This document shows positions 36,902 to 50,662 of a stretch of DNA of 64,000 nucleotides, piece after piece. The notes below the pieces were generated by a model. The model worked only from the letters and a program-made list of their open reading frames with translations. It searched no databases and was not told the origin of the DNA. The first letter of the stretch is position 1. Every line of letters starts with the position of its first letter. The DNA is from Octopus sinensis. Lineage: Eukaryota. A program made the translations under genes and the position numbers. The stretch spans positions 9,300,001-9,364,000 of the forward strand of contig NC_043011.1 in the NCBI RefSeq assembly GCF_006345805.1, in the 5' to 3' direction.

Positions 36902-37483
36902 CGGTTAGTTGAGACGGTTGACGACGCATCACACTTGTAAATATTTTCTGCAAATTCCGTCAGATATTATTTCTCGCTGTCGAGGCTGAACTGCAGATAT
37001 TACGAGAACATAGAATAAACAACAGACGCTCTAAACAAGAATGTGGCACGAGCGAATCCAAAGACCAACAAAATACCAATTATGATTTTATTTTACATTG
37101 GCACCAGGCCAGGAATTTTAGGGAAGAATTGTAGATGACAGAGTCAAGTTTTTGTTTTTGTCAACCCCACGGCAATGAAAGGCAAAGTGGAATACAACCA
37201 GTTTTGAACTCTGGCCATCAGAATAAAACTTAACTGTAAAGTTACGCTGCATAACTGCAGCGCCTCAACTAACCCCAAGGGTCAAAGGATTTGTCAATAT
37301 CTGTGGTTTTTCCTACTCCACTGCCCACCTGGATCACCTGGATCTGTTGGCTTCCTTAACTTTGGCACAACTGCTTTCATTTTGTAGGCGGGGCAGGGGC
37401 GAGGCAGGGGCGGTGTATAATCAACCTTATTATCTCTGGTTTACTTTAATATAAAGAGTGGTCCAGAGAGCAGCTCCAGGGCC

Positions 37484-37692
37484 CGCGACAGATTCAGTGT
37501 GACACAGAGTGTGACACAGAGTGTGACAAGGCTGGCCCTTTGAAATACAGGTACGACTCATTTTTGCCAGCTGAGCGGACTGGAGCAATGTGAAATAAAG
37601 TGTCTTGCTCAAGGACACAACGCGTTGCTGGGAATTGAACTCACGACCGTACGATCGTAAGCGGAAGGCCCTAACCACTAAGCCACGCGCCT
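37484..37692 (-). mobile_element. SINE (family C-related), 3'-truncated
   Basis: Reverse complement AAGGCGCGTGGCTTAGTGGTTAGGGC..GAGTTCAATTCCC..GTGTCCTTGAGCAAGACACTTTATTTCAC. Confidence 0.85.
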
Positions 37693-37710
37693 TTACGACT
37701 GCTGTAATAT

Positions 37711-38138
37711 CCTTTTCTACTCTAGGCACAAGGCCTGAAATTTTGGGGGAAGGGGGCTGGTCGATTAGATCGACCCCAGTACTCAACTGGTACTTAATTT
37801 ATCGACCCCGAAAAGATGAAAGGCAAAGTCGACGTCGGCAGAATTTGAACGCAGAACGTAAAGACAGACAAAATATCGCTAAGCATTTCCCCCGGCTTGC
37901 TAACGTTTCTTATTTCTTTACTACCCACAAGGGGTTACACACAGAGAGGACAGACAAGGACATACAAGGGGATTAAGTCGATTATATCGACACCAGTGCG
38001 TAACTGATACTTAATTAATCGACCCCGAAAGGATGAAAAGCAAAGTCGACTTCTGCGGAATTTGAACTCAGAACGTAGCGGCAGACGAAATACTTGTAAG
38101 CATTTCGCCCGGCGTGCTAACCATTCTGCCAGCACGCT
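37711..38138 (-). mobile_element. Dimer of SINE family B
   Basis: Same two-unit layout as 7695-8085; junction at about 37910. Confidence 0.88.
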
Positions 38139-38714
38139 ACCTTCCCATTGCGCTAATATCTTCACACAAATTGCATTTGACATATTTACTTGTATTCCTA
38201 GTCTGACATCCAGTCCCGTATGAACCAACTTTCGCTTATTTTATTCCGGGATCCCTAAGACAAGTACCACTTGTTATTTAGCCTGAAGTCAACCTAGATT
38301 GCAAAGACATGCTCAAAGCCATTTTAACCATGACCACCCATCCAAGGACAAAAGATGTTACAAAAAATAGTAATATCTATTGTGTCATTTCCGTATTTAC
38401 AACGGTAGCTGAGGGAAATTTTGCAAGTTGGGCGACCACACACACACACAGGATCCCTCGTTGGCTGCTATTTCTAGCAGGTCAACGAACAACTCCATTT
38501 TTCATCCTGTGGTCAAACTACAGAAACCTTTCGTCTTCCCAGTTGTCGGAAAGTGTGAATATCTAATATAAAAAAAGGATGCGAGTGTGTATATATCTGT
38601 GTGTGCCTCTGTGTGTGTGTGTGTGTGCGCGCGCGCGCAAACACACACACACACACGGGCACACGTAGGTTTCCACAAAATAAAAAGGGTTTTTGCAGTC
38701 ATGTGATAATCGGT

Positions 38715-39090
38715 CTCAAAGTTTGACACAAGGACGGCTATTTCGGGGGAAAGAGAAAATCAATTACATCGACCCCAGTTTTATAGACTCCGAAAGGATG
38801 AAAGGTTAAGTCAACCTCGGCGGAATTTGAACTCAGAACGTAGTGGCAGACGAAATACCTATTTCTTTACTACCCACAAGGGCCTAAACACAGAAGGGAC
38901 AGACAAGGACAGACAAACGGATTAAGTCGATTACATAGACTCCAGTACATAACTGGTCCTTAGTTTATCGATCCCGAAAGGATGAAAGGCAAAGTCAACC
39001 TCGGCGGCATTTGAACACAGAACGTAAAGACAAACGAAATACCGGTGAGTATTTTGCCCGCTGTGCCAACGATTCGGCCAGTTGGCCGCT
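38715..39090 (-). mobile_element. Dimer of SINE family B
   Basis: Junction GAAATACC/TATTTCTTTACTACCCACAAGG at 38859/38860. Confidence 0.88.
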
Positions 39091-39204
39091 CTCGGGATGG
39101 GAAATATTGACACGTGTTGTGTACATGAGAGAGAATATGTTTGTGTTGAGATGCGAAAGAATGTGTTTCATTGCCTCGTGTGTGTGTGTGCGTGTGTGTG
39201 TGTG

Positions 39205-39285
<81 letters not shown>

Positions 39286-39451
39286 CAAAACTAGAAACTG
39301 TCCTTCCTAAATTAAAAGACGTAGATATAATTTGAACCTGAAACCTTAGATAACTAATATAAGCTATTTTTATTTTGTTTCTGGTGGATTGGAGTGGTTG
39401 CCATGTTCTCTTTAGAGGGCCTCAAAAGTGCCTGAATAATAAATTCATTTT

Positions 39452-40412
<961 letters not shown>

Positions 40413-40469
40413 CTCCTCCTGCCCTCACTCCCTTTGCACCCTCTGACTGACACAATTCTACAAAAATCA

Positions 40470-40780
40470 CAGGCGGGGAAGTATAGTAAGTAGTTTGCTT
40501 ACCAGCCCCAAGGTTCCATGTTCAATTCTACTGCGTAGCATTTGAACAGGTGACTTTTACTATAACCACGAGCCGACCAAAGCCTTGTGAGTGGATTTGG
40601 CTAGTGGAAACTGAAAGAAGACCGTCCTGATCTTTCTGTCTGTGTTTGTACTCCACAAGCACTTGACATCCAGTGTTGGTGTGTTTATGTTCCCGTAACT
40701 TAGCGGTTTGGTCAAAGAGACTGATAAAACAAGTACCAGGCTTTAAAAACATAATTACAGAGGTCGATTCGTTTGATGTG
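40470..40780 (+). mobile_element. Degenerate SINE family A copy
   Basis: CCGACCAAAGCCTTGTGAGTGGATTTGG..GAAACTGAAAGAAG..CCCGTAACTTAGCGG. Confidence 0.8.
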
Positions 40781-41314
40781 TAGCAATTGATTAGATAAGT
40801 GTGTGAAATTTTTTAAAAAGTTTTTTTTCATTTTTATCTCAGATCTTATCTACCGATCGTATTTCGATTTGTTTCCATATATTTTAGTTGCACATTGTCA
40901 AACCTGTTTCCGTCTTGAAGCATCTGAATAGACACAGAATAACGATATAAAAATTTATAGCTTTTAAGAAGATATATGAGTCTCCATGCAGTGTGCGTGT
41001 AGGCAGCATTTAAGGCATTCAACCGTGTAACCTAAGTTCCACAGAAAAGGGATTTCTGTACTTCTTCAGTACAATATTTCACCTAAAAATCAAACAAACA
41101 CACAGATATAACTATTTTATACACTCACGGAAACAAAAATATGTCACGAAAAATCACTAGAGACAAATGATAGAGTACAAGCACAAGCCCCTCTCTCAGC
41201 AAAGGCACTCATTAACCTCATACCTTCCATAAGGCCTAAAATTTCGTTTTATAATTTTTTTTGGAATTTTTTAAAATATGGACAGTCCAAATGTGCAGCT
41301 TGTTTCAGCTTATA

Positions 41315-42643
41315 ATTGACCTTGACCCGGCGTTGCCAGGTCATAGTCATGCTAGTTTTGTGCTAAATCCCTTTGTTTTCGAAAATCGCACGTTTTTTAA
41401 CGCGTTTGACTGAGCCTCTGCAGATTCTGAGCCCACCCAGAGGTGCAGCTGCACTGGGTAATTAATCATCACAAATTTGGCTGCTTTGTTGAAGATAAAG
41501 GGGGAGCATGTTAGAAAATCGTTAAAGACCACCATGAAAGCAAACCTTCACCAACAAAATGAAACGAATAATCAGGGCTGAAGAAATTTTCAAATTTCCT
41601 AGCAAATGGAAAAATGTGGCTGGAAATGAATTAGCATCTCAATTTTCACTCGTATCTCAAAACACAAAAGCATGAAATTTCACTTATGAAAATCTTTGTA
41701 TTTTAGGTCATTCATACCTCGAGTTGGGGCTAAAAGAAAAGGTTGCAGTCAATTTAAGTGTGGAAACCCACAAGGAATTGTGTTTTATTGAGTTTCCACT
41801 GACTGATTGGCAATTTTGGTAAATTTGAATCAAATTAAGATTTCTTGCACCAAAAGGATCACCTTGATAACCCTATGCCCCTACTGTGTAGGTAGCAAAT
41901 GATTCGATCTTAGGCTGAATGCAAACAAATAAACGTTTTTTATGAAAATCTCTTGGGGGAGAGGGTTGGCTTATCCATTTTTAATTTTTAATCCTACTTG
42001 AATAAAACATCCTGGGCTCTCGCTGGATAACTTAAATCAACCGAAAGCGTAAAAGTAAAGCCCTTCCTAAATAGATTCATTGAATAGGCTCCAACTCTTT
42101 TATGGCACACTTAAGGAATGACAGCATATCAGGTATATTTGGTCTTTCATGAAAATCCCGCTCTCTTGTCATTCACTTGGTCTAATTCATTAATTATTCC
42201 CTGCATTTCTCAAATCAAAAGAGCGTGCACGTTTGGAAGCCAAAAAAAATGATAACACGTCTTCGCAAAACATAAAAATGCACAGAGTCATACAGACTGT
42301 CTGCAAAAGCGCATGTGCATTCAACCGTCAAGTGTAAAATTATCTCCATCCAATCAAAAAACAGCTGGCAGTCTATTGGCGTATCTAGCTGTATGCATGC
42401 ACTGCGTACAAATTTCTATGTTTTGGTGATTTTGAATGGATATGCCCATAACTTATGGACATAAGGGGTCGGTTTATTGATTTTTTTTTTAATGGATTTC
42501 TTTGGTGACTGGGGAAATGAAAAGATCTTCATGACCACCCTCAGACAGTTTTGAAAGCCCATAGAAAATGCATGTGAAAAACTGTGGATTTGTATAAAGG
42601 ATACACAGACACACAGACATTTACTGTTTATAGATATAGAGAT
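41315..42643 (+). mobile_element. Putative non-autonomous Helentron/DINE-like (HINE) element
   Basis: 5' hairpin GACCCGG-cgttg-CCAGGTC; 3' end ACAGACACACAGACATTTACTGTTTATAGATATAGAGAT followed by a T-run, the layout of DINE-1/HINE-type elements; no ORF. Confidence 0.55.
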
Positions 42644-43034
42644 TTTTTAATAACTGAAAATTAAATTAGACGGAAGAAAATCAATTTATTAAAATCAATA
42701 CTTTATTTTATTCAATAGTTCAGCTTGCAAAGTTTCATTTGGTGAATTGGGTGTTCAGAGAAATATTTATCCCTGATATAAGCATGGAAATTTTCAACAA
42801 GAAATGCATTTGTCATTTATATTTATTTTCATGTGTGACCTGACAGAGATAGACAATAAGCAGTGGGAGCAGCTGTATCAACTGACTGAAGCAAGCTGTT
42901 CTCTTTGGAAGCGATCTCTTGCAATGACCTTCGTATTATATGCAGGCAGGACTGTGTTGTTAAGAAGATCGCTTTACAGCCTTGTAGTTTGGATTAGTCT
43001 CACCGCGTGGCATCTTGAGTATGTCTTTTAGAGC

Positions 43035-43302
43035 CTCAGGTTGACTGATACCGTGTGAATGAATTTGGCAGATGAAAACTGCCAAATACGTGTATGTCTT
43101 TGTGTTTGTCTCCACCTCCCTCACTTGACAACCAGTGTTGGTTTATTTCCTTTCCCATAACTTAGCAGTTCAGTCACAGAAACTAATAAAGTACCAGAAC
43201 TAAAAATGTAGATACTGGGATCAGATTTGTTCAAATAAACATTTCAAAGTAATGCTCCAGCATGGCTGCAGCCGAATGACTGAAATCAGAAGAAGAGAAA
43301 AG
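43035..43302 (+). mobile_element. Old, CpG-decayed SINE family A 3' half
   Basis: CTTGACAACCAGTGTTGG..CCCATAACTTAGCAGTTC..GCTCCAGCATGGCTGCAG..GACTGAAA. Confidence 0.75.
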
Positions 43303-43379
43303 ATCTGAATAGCTTTGAGAAAGTGGTTGCTGTAAAATTGTGGAGTAGTGAGACAAGAGTGAGCTGTTTGAAGGATAAA

Positions 43380-44480
43380 AATGAGACAAATTGTTGTGGA
43401 CTGAGGTGGACTTACAGGAAGATGGAAAAGAATTCTGGATATGTAGAATATGAATAATGAAGAATTGAGAAAATAAGGGAAATGAAGAATGGAAGATCAG
43501 GAGAACTGATGGGAATTGTGGGAGATGTGTTTAAGGCAGCAGGAAGTTAATAGATCCGTAGGTTGGTGGTAAAAGGAGACTATATTCCAGTAAAATGGGA
43601 GTTGAATATTCTCATTCTTCTTTACCAGGAAAAAGTGATTCCTTGGTCTGTGGCTCAAAGAAAGTAACAGAGTTACTGGAGCAAAGAACGAAAGCATTGG
43701 AAAGAATTTTAAAGAGGAAATTAAGCAATTGATGCTCAAAGGGATGCAATTCGGATTTATGTCTGGAAGAAGAATGGTTGAAGCAATCAAGTGACCTTAA
43801 AATTACCACAGCAGAGACAGTCTTTGTAATTAGAAAAAAAGACAGGATCCTGGCACTGTAGGGGAAATTGCTGTAAAACATTCCTTGTAAACTGGAGTGG
43901 GAGGCAGGCTAACAGGGAAAGGTAGACATTATGGGCAACAGGTACTCAGCAGCAGTAAGCTCTTGGAGATCATCTGAAGAGAATTCTCTCAAAAGCATTG
44001 ATGAACCCTGAGAATTGATTGCTTTTGTTACCCAGGTGGGTGTTCAGAAAGCATGGTAGCCTGAATAAGAAAAAGTTCAGGCATCAATTATCTCTGCTGG
44101 TAACAGTTTCTCTCTCAAAGTGAAGAGGAGTCAACATAATGCACATATGTGGAGTGTGATGATGCAGAGTAGAAAGACATGGGAACTGCAGAGGATTTGT
44201 AAAGGTTAGAAAGAAATCTGGCAGAATGTTTAAATTTAGTGAAATATAAAAGAAAAGCTGTGTATAAGTGGAATCAGATGTAGAAGGGGAAAAAAGCTGT
44301 GCTGGTGCTGACAAGTGATGTCTATATAAAGAACTCTAATTAGGAAGATGGGATGAAATGATGAAGACTGATTCAAGAATATTGAACATCATGTAGGAGA
44401 TGATAGAACTGCAATAATTGGCAATATGCATTGAAGGAGAAAAACTGTCCAACTGTACAGACATGGTTAAATGAACATTG
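43380..44480 (+). mobile_element. Highly degenerate RTE LINE remnant
   Basis: Residual REMKNGRSG..GIVGDVFKAAG and MQFGFMSGRRMVEAI motifs; purine-rich strand. Confidence 0.55.
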
Positions 44481-46110
44481 AATGGTGGTAGTGATGGAGG
44501 CTGGTGGAGTGTTATCTGTGTCTCTCACTCAGTATGTTCCTGCTGAGTTTTCCTCTGCCACCTTGGTATCCCATCACCTCTCTCTCTCACCCCCTCCACT
44601 CTCTTCCAGTCATTGCTTCATACATTGAATATCCACCATTCCCTGAAATACTGCTTGGGTTAGGGATCTTTTGGATCTGTCTAACCCTCTCGCCTTTCTC
44701 ACAATCATCCATTCTGTTCTCACTGGTTTCTGACCCCTGCATAAACATTGTCTCCTTCAAACAGCTCACTCTTGTCTCACTACTCCACAATTTTACAGCA
44801 ACCACTTTCTCAAAGCCATTCAGATCTTTTCTCCTCTTCTGATTTCAGTAATTTGGCTGCAGCCATGCTGGAGCATTACTTTGAAAAGTTTATTTGAACA
44901 AATCTGATCCCAGTATCTACTTTTTTAATGGCATTAGACTTGCTGTACTCCAAACCCCCACCAACATTCTTTCTCCCCACCACACACACTTAACTCAGTC
45001 TCTACCATCCTACACTTGCTTCCCTCATCCATCATCTTGCTTCTTCCATCGTCTCCGTCTGTTTTTCACCCTCTCGGTCACACTGTACTGGTTGAACAAA
45101 CATAACGTAATAACAACCCTCTTAGTCCTACAGAATAGAAGGACATCCTTGTTAATACTGATACCATGATAAGATGAACCCTGAACACTCTTTAAAGTAG
45201 TTGGCAAGTGAACAAACCACGTAGAATCGAGAAAACCCTTTTGCCTTGTTGAGGACATGACAACCTCTCTTGAATTGGTTCTAAAAAAGACATCAAGTAC
45301 ATTCTGTAAAGTGGCTGGTGTTTGGAAGGACATCCAACATTAGAGAGCAAACCACAGAAGAAACATGAGCAAGATGTGGGTCCACTCACCTATTTGGGAG
45401 GACAGTAGCTATGACTATACAAACTGACTTGAACTATAACAAACTCTCCAATCCGTGCTAACATGGAAATCGGATGTAAAATGGTGGGGATGATGTTAGT
45501 GTTAGTGGACAAGTGTAGAAATTTGCAAAACTGATCTCCCCACTCATACCAGCATGGAAACATATATGTAAACTGAATTTATATCATCCAATTGACTTAT
45601 TTGCGTATCCAGATTTCATGTTTTTATGTACAAGGACAGAATATCTTAGTAATTACAATAATGGTTTAAAATTCCAAAATGGATCTGAATATAGAATCTC
45701 AGGCTTTTTCATAACTAAGCTGAGGTTGTGACTGATTCTAAATTTATTGATTTTAATATTTGATATAATTCCAACGTGACTAAACACAGTTTGGGTTTGA
45801 AGTTGTTTCCTAATCTCAGAATTAGTTATAATCTTTAGTCTAGCAAAATATAGCAATATTCATGGATGTCTTTTAAAAAAAAACCAAAAACTTGTAATGC
45901 ATGAAGTAGAATTTTTCCAGAAATGTTTCCACTTTAATGCAATGAGCCACTGATTGGTTGATTGGAAACTTTATAACCAATCAGACGACTGTTCACAACA
46001 TACAGAATAGAAAATAAGCATCAGTCAAGGGAAAAAATTTGTGCACGTATATATAAATATATATATGTGTGTGTGTATACGTATATATATATATATATAT
46101 ATTTGCATAA

Positions 46111-46159
<49 letters not shown>

Positions 46160-46723
46160 CACATGTATGTACGCACACAGAAGAACCAAATTAAAAAGTC
46201 AATTAGAAGTAGGTGACCTTGTAAATGAAATTAAATAAATGAACTAAAGGCATCCTCTGCGCATAAGTCTTAGAAAATTCTCTACAGCTTCAGTGATTCA
46301 GTAATTGTGTTCGTATAGCTACGATAATTTAATATACAACAACAATAACAACAAAGTCAACACTTCAGTGGACTTGTTGGAGCCTCTTGCAGTCATTCTG
46401 GATTTAATTATTCTACAGACTAAAATAGGAATGATTCCAAGGGGTGTCTCTTGCTTTTATGATTGCTTGCCTCTAATGACATTAATAGACAACCAAATTT
46501 ACTGTGATAGTCTTCATAAATGAACTTCCCTAATAGAATCATTACAATCCCATTTGAAATATATTTTAGTTGTGGTTATTGATCAATTGAAGGCTTCTGT
46601 CACCTGCATTCTATAGAATATAATAGTTATTATTGTCATACGATGACACGGTGGCCAAAGGGTTGAGGTGTTAGTCTATTTATAACAACCTCGGCTCCTT
46701 TAAAAGCAGTTGACAATTGCATT

Positions 46724-46765
<42 letters not shown>

Positions 46766-47416
46766 TTTTTTTTTTGTTTTGACATGCTTCTCCTCTTCCA
46801 ATCACTTTCCACTTCCTACATTAAACACTTTATCCAAAGTTTTCCTCCCAGAACACATTCCTTGTCTCTGTAATTCCCTCAGTCATTGACCTACAACATT
46901 TCAAACCAAACATCAATTCTATTGATCTCAGCAATCCTGGAAGCTCTCTCCTCCTGTCACCTCCATTGATTTATTGCTTAGAATCATTAACGGTTCCTAC
47001 ATTTAAAGAAAATAAAACTAAACTTCACTTACCTTTTGCCATCAAGCTTTTGCAATGTAAAGAATGCCATTGAGTCATGATTGTTTCATCATTATATACT
47101 TCTCCAGCTCACACTTTTACAAACCAACCAGCTCCACTTTTACCTTACCCCTTTCCACCAAAGCCACTATTCCCTTCACCCCTCCATTTCATCGCTAACA
47201 GAGACTGTCAATATGAAAGTATGTTCCACCAAAATGTACCACTTCTTCCTTTCTTGGGACACTTTACAGCACTAATGAAACTGTCCTTTTGCAAGTCCGT
47301 GCTATTAAATGTACAATCTCCCTTCTGCTCTGTACCCAACTCCCCATCAGTTGTATTCCCCCCCTCCACATTCACTTACATCACCTTCCACAATTTTACC
47401 TTTATCTCCTATGGCA

Positions 47417-47735
47417 CTTGTGCCGGTGGCTCGGGAACAAAGCATTCGAGCGAGGTCATTGCCAGTGCTGCTAGACTGACTCCTGTGCAGGTGGCACGTA
47501 AAAACACCATTTTCAAGTGTGGCCGTTGCCAGTACTGCCAGACTGGCCCACGTGCCGGTGGCATGTAAAAACACCCTCTACACTCTCGGAGTGGTTGGCA
47601 TTAGGAAGGGCATCCAGGTGTTGAAACTCTGCCAGATCAAGATTGGAGCCTGGTGTCGCCATCTGGTTCACCAGTCCTCAGTCAAATCGTCCAACCCGTG
47701 CTAGCATGGAAAGCGGACATTAAACGATGATGGTG
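47417..47735 (+). mobile_element. SINE 3' portion with ~65-bp internal tandem repeats and an RTE-type (GAT)n tail
   Basis: Repeats of GTGCCGGTGGC..AAAAACACC; GGAGTGGTTGGCATTAGGAAGGGCATCCAG; AGCATGGAAAGCGGACATTAAACGATGATG. Confidence 0.75.
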
Positions 47736-47974
47736 ACTGTTCCCATCTTACATGATATTCTGGTCAAGAAATCTGCGACCCTACCTGACCTGCAACCTCT
47801 GTTTGCTCCTACTCAATACAGTATTAATCCCCTTCTCTAACACTACTCCTCTCCTCCATCGTTTACTTTCACTTGCGCTTCTATTGATCTGCTTCTCTAC
47901 ATTACATTCCTCCCTTCCTGCATTGATTCAAATAGAGATGATACCCATCTCTATTTGGTTGATTACAATTTGTT

Positions 47975-48642
47975 TGACAATTGCTAGAAAGAAATTAGAT
48001 AACATTATATGTAATGATACCAGTGGTACCTGCCCTAGATATAGAAACAAAGAATGGAATAGAATAGAAAAAGCTTGTGACAAAGCAAACAGGATGAACA
48101 CGTGGTATAAAACCGACAAATATCAAGGAGTGATGTTTGTAGAGGCCACAGCCCATGGAGAACTAGCCCGTAGATTTAGAAAAGCTCTGAAGGAGACCAA
48201 ACTCAACATTAAAATTGTTGAAAAGCCAGGGAACTCCATTAGATCACAAGTATGTAGGATGTACCCCTTTAAGAATACCATATGCACCAATGATAACTGC
48301 ATGGTATGTAGGATTAGCCCTGGTATTAACTGTAGAACTCGAAATGTAGTTTACAGCATAAGATGCATAGAAGGTGCTTGTAAGGACATGGACATGATGT
48401 ACATAGGGGAGACGTCTAGGAGCATTGCAGAACGGATAAATGAGCATCTAAGACAATATGATGACAGAAAACAGTCCTCCATGCTCTACCAACATGCCAA
48501 AGACCACCATGGAGGCAACTTGGGTCAACTTGACATCCGCATCTTATCCAAGCACCCAAAAGACCCAACACTCAGACAAATATGGGAGTACGTCCTTATA
48601 AATGAAGCCTCCCCAATATTAAATAGGAAATATACACAATAA
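47975..48642 (+). pseudogene. Penelope-like element 2: 5'-truncated fragment encoding linker and GIY-YIG endonuclease
   Basis: YRNKEW..VMFVEAT..GELARRFR..IVEKPG..CTNDNCMVC..NCRTRNVVYSIRC..YIGETSRSIAERINEH..HAKDHH; clear paralogue of 27796-28404. Confidence 0.9.
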
Positions 48643-48960
48643 ATACCATACCTCCATACCCACAGTTTACACGGGTAGAGTAGAATAGTTAGTGGACTGT
48701 CAGGTAGATAAATGTATGTGGGTGAGAGTGTGTATGTATGCCTTTTTTTTATATTTTTTTATATTTTTCTTTTTTAATTTTTTAATATTTTTTAATATTT
48801 TTTATTTTTTATTTCTGTATGTAAGCATATAGATATGTAAATAAACAGATCAATATACAGACGGATAGGTATATAGACTATATGAACAGACACATATGGA
48901 GACACGGATCCACACATATAAAGATGCACATCCATACATACAAACATGGTACATAGTTAC

Positions 48961-49012
<52 letters not shown>

Positions 49013-49204
49013 TGCAAGCACATAAATATGCAGGATACGAACATACAGATGCACACACATGCATACATACATATGCATACACACACACATATACATACAT
49101 ACACATGCAAACACACACACACATACATACGTACATGCATGCATGTATAGGCACACACACACACTGACCCACACACATGCACACAAACAAACAAAAAGGA
49201 ACGC

Positions 49205-49363
49205 AGTGTAAATAATGGAAGAGTCAAAACTATTGAAAAGGTTGCCAGACGCAACGAAAATTTTAGAAAATAAAAAATAAGAAATAAGTGGAAATTTTAC
49301 CGGTGAGTGTGTTACATTATAAGGCACCAAAAGAGAATGACTCTCCCCAGACACAACAGAATA
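49205..49363 (+). repeat. Repeat X fragment
   Basis: Reverse complement of about 25505-25635. Confidence 0.85.
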
Positions 49364-49371
49364 AAATCTCT

Positions 49372-49607
49372 TACGTTTATATATTTGTTGTGCAAGATTT
49401 TTGATGTGAAATCGTGTGTTGAAACAGATATTGTTGTATTTAGGAATGGTCATTTTGCCAGTTTAGCCAATAAAAACACACCTGGCCGAAATAAGATTAA
49501 GATTAATGTAAAAAATAAATAACGCTAAAGCAAAGTAACACCAAATGTATAGTGTGTGTGTTTTTATTGGCTAAACTGGCAAAATGACCATTCCTAAATA
49601 CAACAAT
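49372..49607 (-). mobile_element. Fold-back (5'-inverted) insertion of repeat Y with 12-bp TSD
   Basis: AATAAAATCTCT at 49360-49371 and 49608-49619; 49372-49481 corresponds to 27116-27225; 49483-49608 is the reverse complement of 27173-27298; perfect 53-bp inverted arms at 49429-49481 and 49556-49608. Confidence 0.85.
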
Positions 49608-50474
49608 AATAAAATCTCTGACTTCCTTGAAATTTGTTTTCACTAAAACTGTTGTCCAAATGTAATTAGTCACCTTACTAAACCATAACTCATTTTCCAC
49701 CTAGAAACTTCCATTGATACCAATATGGACATTTGTTTCCAGTGCCACTAATTCTACCAATCACTACTTCATTCACCGTTCTGTCTGTTTTCTTTGTTTT
49801 TAAATGTCATTGGTTAATTCACTGGACAACAAGCTTAACCCTTCCTCTTACCACTTCTTTCCTCAACCACTCTCACAGTCAGTCTTTTACTCTAACCATC
49901 CCCCCTCACTCCTCTTCATCTACTTTTTGTCTTTCACTCATTATCACTTACACCTGCCATTACTTGATCTATTCAACAATTGTACTGGATTGGTTCCATT
50001 CCTCTCTTGGGTTTTATATTTAGAATCTATTGTTTCACCTATTCAAAGACTTCTTAACTACACATGTTCCAAATTACTTCAACAATATCTTTGCTTCCTT
50101 TTTTGCACATCCATCACATTTTATGTCTACAACTTCAAAATATGAAAATGCATTCTTGACTCCAACATTACTTAATAGTAATAAGTCTAAGAATAATTCT
50201 TTCTAGTAGAGAATTGATTTCTTGTGATATTGTTGTTGGCTGGACCTTCTCACTCTCCACTCTAAGATCTTAGACAACCATAACCAAATAGCCATACATA
50301 CCACTGTATTGTATCATAGTAACAGGAAAGTAATTTAATTGGTTATACACCTTTATGAGAATGGTTTTCATTCATATACACAATGTGTTGATTGTATGTG
50401 TACTCACACAGGATAAAATCCTATGTCATTAGCAAATCTGATAATCATTAAGAAACCCATAACTTTTGGGTGTG

Positions 50475-50662
50475 ATCTTTATGGTAGAGGGTAGATCCAC
50501 AGTTTGTGTGATCCCTATGGTATGGGCTGATCCACTATTTGCATGGCCCCTATGGTATGGGCTAACCCACTTGTTAGTGTGGCCCCTATGATAGAGGCTG
50601 ATCCACTATTTGTGTGGATCTATGGTAAAAGCTAGTCCACCATTATTGTGGTTCCTAGGGTT
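50475..50662. repeat. Degenerate ~36-bp minisatellite (about 5 units)
   Basis: Unit approximately CCCTATGGTATGGGCTGATCCACTATTTG(C/T)(A/G)TGG. Confidence 0.8.

Noticed and set aside
42804-43031. 75-aa ORF with balanced composition
   Set aside because: No splice signals or known motif; part of it is a decayed SINE head on the minus strand.
47752-47974. Hydrophobic N-terminal extension of the 296-aa ORF (would imply a membrane-anchored GIY-YIG protein)
   Set aside because: Homology to PLE 1 begins only near 47975; the upstream part is pyrimidine-rich flanking DNA that happens to be in frame. No sign of domestication.
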